From Somniosus microcephalus (taxonomy: Eukaryota): a stretch of 64,000 nucleotides of DNA. Shown one piece after another: positions 62,426-64,000 of the stretch. The notes beneath the pieces were generated by a model. The model saw only the letters and a program-made list of their open reading frames with translations. It made no database searches and was not told the origin of the DNA. How positions within the stretch are numbered: position 1 is the first letter of the stretch; each line of letters begins with the position of its first letter. Location: the NCBI GenBank assembly GCA_052327205.1, contig CM126210.1:207762001-207826000 (forward strand). Direction: 5' to 3'. Both the position numbers and the translations under genes were made by a program.

Positions 62426-64000
62426 TAAATGTCTGTGCACCTGTCTGCATTGGGAATGGACAATGAGGTGCATGTGAAAGATTTTGCCTGTTAAGACCTA
62501 CTGCAATATCCATTTTAAACAACAGATTTAACACAGTAGCTAGCAATAGCTTTTGTATTAACATAATGGGCAGTGGTTTTTTTTCTCCAGGTTCTGCCCA
62601 GCATAAGCATCTACCAATTATATCAGATATGTGAAGCTGATCTTACACCAAAGTAATATTAAAAACTGGTGACAGTGAAGATCCAATGGCTAGATCAAGA
62701 CAATAATACCTAGTGAAAACAGGCAAATTATTCATTAATAACTTGAATTGGGGATGAGGTCATTCTTCAGAGTGGAGAGAAACCCATTACAGTACATGTT
62801 GTACCAGAAAGAGTCCATCACACAAGTAGAATGTCCTAGTTATCCCTGGCGGTTCCGAAGGAATGGTAGTAAATTGGGTATATGAGCACAAAGCAATAAA
62901 AGCTGCTCCAACTGGAGCCAATTCCCTAGACTGGCAATTGCTCTTAGTTCATCTACCTGGTACATCCTTTTAAATGGAAGAAACACAAACTAGTAAATAA
63001 AACTGACATCCATCTTATGGAAACTCCAGGTGCTTCCTTTTTGCACAAAGTCAAGCTTATAGGCTCCTAACTACAATATTCTCCTGAATTTTCCACACCA
63101 ATTGCCACTTTTCAGTCCTCAGTCCCAATGAAGTGCGCTTGAGACGGGAGCATTTAGTAACAGATCGGGCAGGCGCCTCCTGATTGATAACTCGGACCAA
63201 ATAATATGATACAACGGAGTAGAAATGCGCGCAGCTGTTATTTAAAAAAATATATTAAAAAAAGGTATCCGAACCCTTGACCTCTCATAATTCTACAGAT
63301 CAACACTTAAGGTTAGACCCTAGGTAAGATTGAGATCTTGATTACTTAGCTCAGCTCTCCCCCAACATAGTGTAAATGTCTGGCCGTTTTGGCATTCTGC
63401 ACTGGAAATCGCAGTTTTTCTCCAAAATTCTTAAATGGGACGTTTATAATTTCATTTCTTCTTTGCTCACAGTAAGTACCAAGTAACATGTTAGAGTCTC
63501 AGATCTGGCAAGACATTGAAAACAAACCGGAAATATAACCATGCCACGGCACTGGGCAGACTGCATACACTTACCTTTGAATTTATTTAGCAATTTCAAA
63601 TATCTGGAAACAACTGTGCACATTTGTGTGTATTTAAAAACACTGCAACACATGAATCTTCAGCTTGTGTATTACCTTAAGTTGAGTTGTTAGCAGCACT
63701 CTCCTCAAGGAGTCAGAATTACAGGCCTTTCTTTGACTTGTCTTCTGAAGCCTGGGCTCTGAATAGGTTAAAATAATTTGAATATTAAACAAAATTTTTC
63801 ACAAACCCAACTTGCTAAGGCTCAGTGGTGTGTAGTATCCAGTTTAACTAGGACCAGAATTTGGTAAACAGTAAATAAGTGGGGTTGCCATAATATGACC
63901 TAGAATCTCAGTAAACTCTCAACATAACCTAGAATGCTGAAGGAAATGATAGCATCCCTAATGCTGTTACATCTGAGATCTTCATGGTCTGTATGGCTCA

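Noticed and set aside
62700-63200. Coding-like stretch as a further REV3L exon or transposase remnant
   Set aside because: No sustained open frame or convincing motif; the next REV3L exon probably lies beyond the window.
63575-63603. Possible 29-nt minus-strand micro-exon or poison exon (ttccag...AAG/gtaagt)
   Set aside because: The splice-like sites could be chance; it has no REV3L similarity and there is no transcript evidence.

Overview
Vertebrate genomic DNA, most likely from a cartilaginous fish (inferred from the CR1, L2, RTE and Penelope repeat families). The host gene is the 3' part of REV3L (DNA polymerase zeta catalytic subunit) on the minus strand. It has 17 GT-AG exons from 58211 down to the stop at 7329, which join in frame to 883 aa with the B-family motifs DFQSLYPS, KLIANFTYGY and YGDTDS and the CysA/CysB clusters. 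Three consecutive introns carry LTR elements. (1) A very young Ty3/Gypsy element (30653-35342, AAGGG target duplication, LTRs differing at about 1 of 322 nt by eye) has a YLDN reverse transcriptase active site and no tRNA primer-binding site. In its place is a 15-nt segment perfectly complementary to its own LTR poly(A)-signal region, which suggests self-priming and/or poly(A) occlusion; this is the best candidate for an undescribed system. (2) A 7-kb endogenous retrovirus (39505-46518, ATGG TSD, tRNA-Ser PBS) has a gag-pro deletion, a broken pol, and a gamma-type env that is intact apart from a 214-bp Penelope-type insertion. That insertion forms a perfect 81-bp-arm palindrome containing a minimal hammerhead ribozyme motif. 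(3) A solo LTR is nested in a CR1. The rest is CR1/L2/RTE LINE fragments, SINEs and MITEs. Everything was read by eye; no database searches were run.
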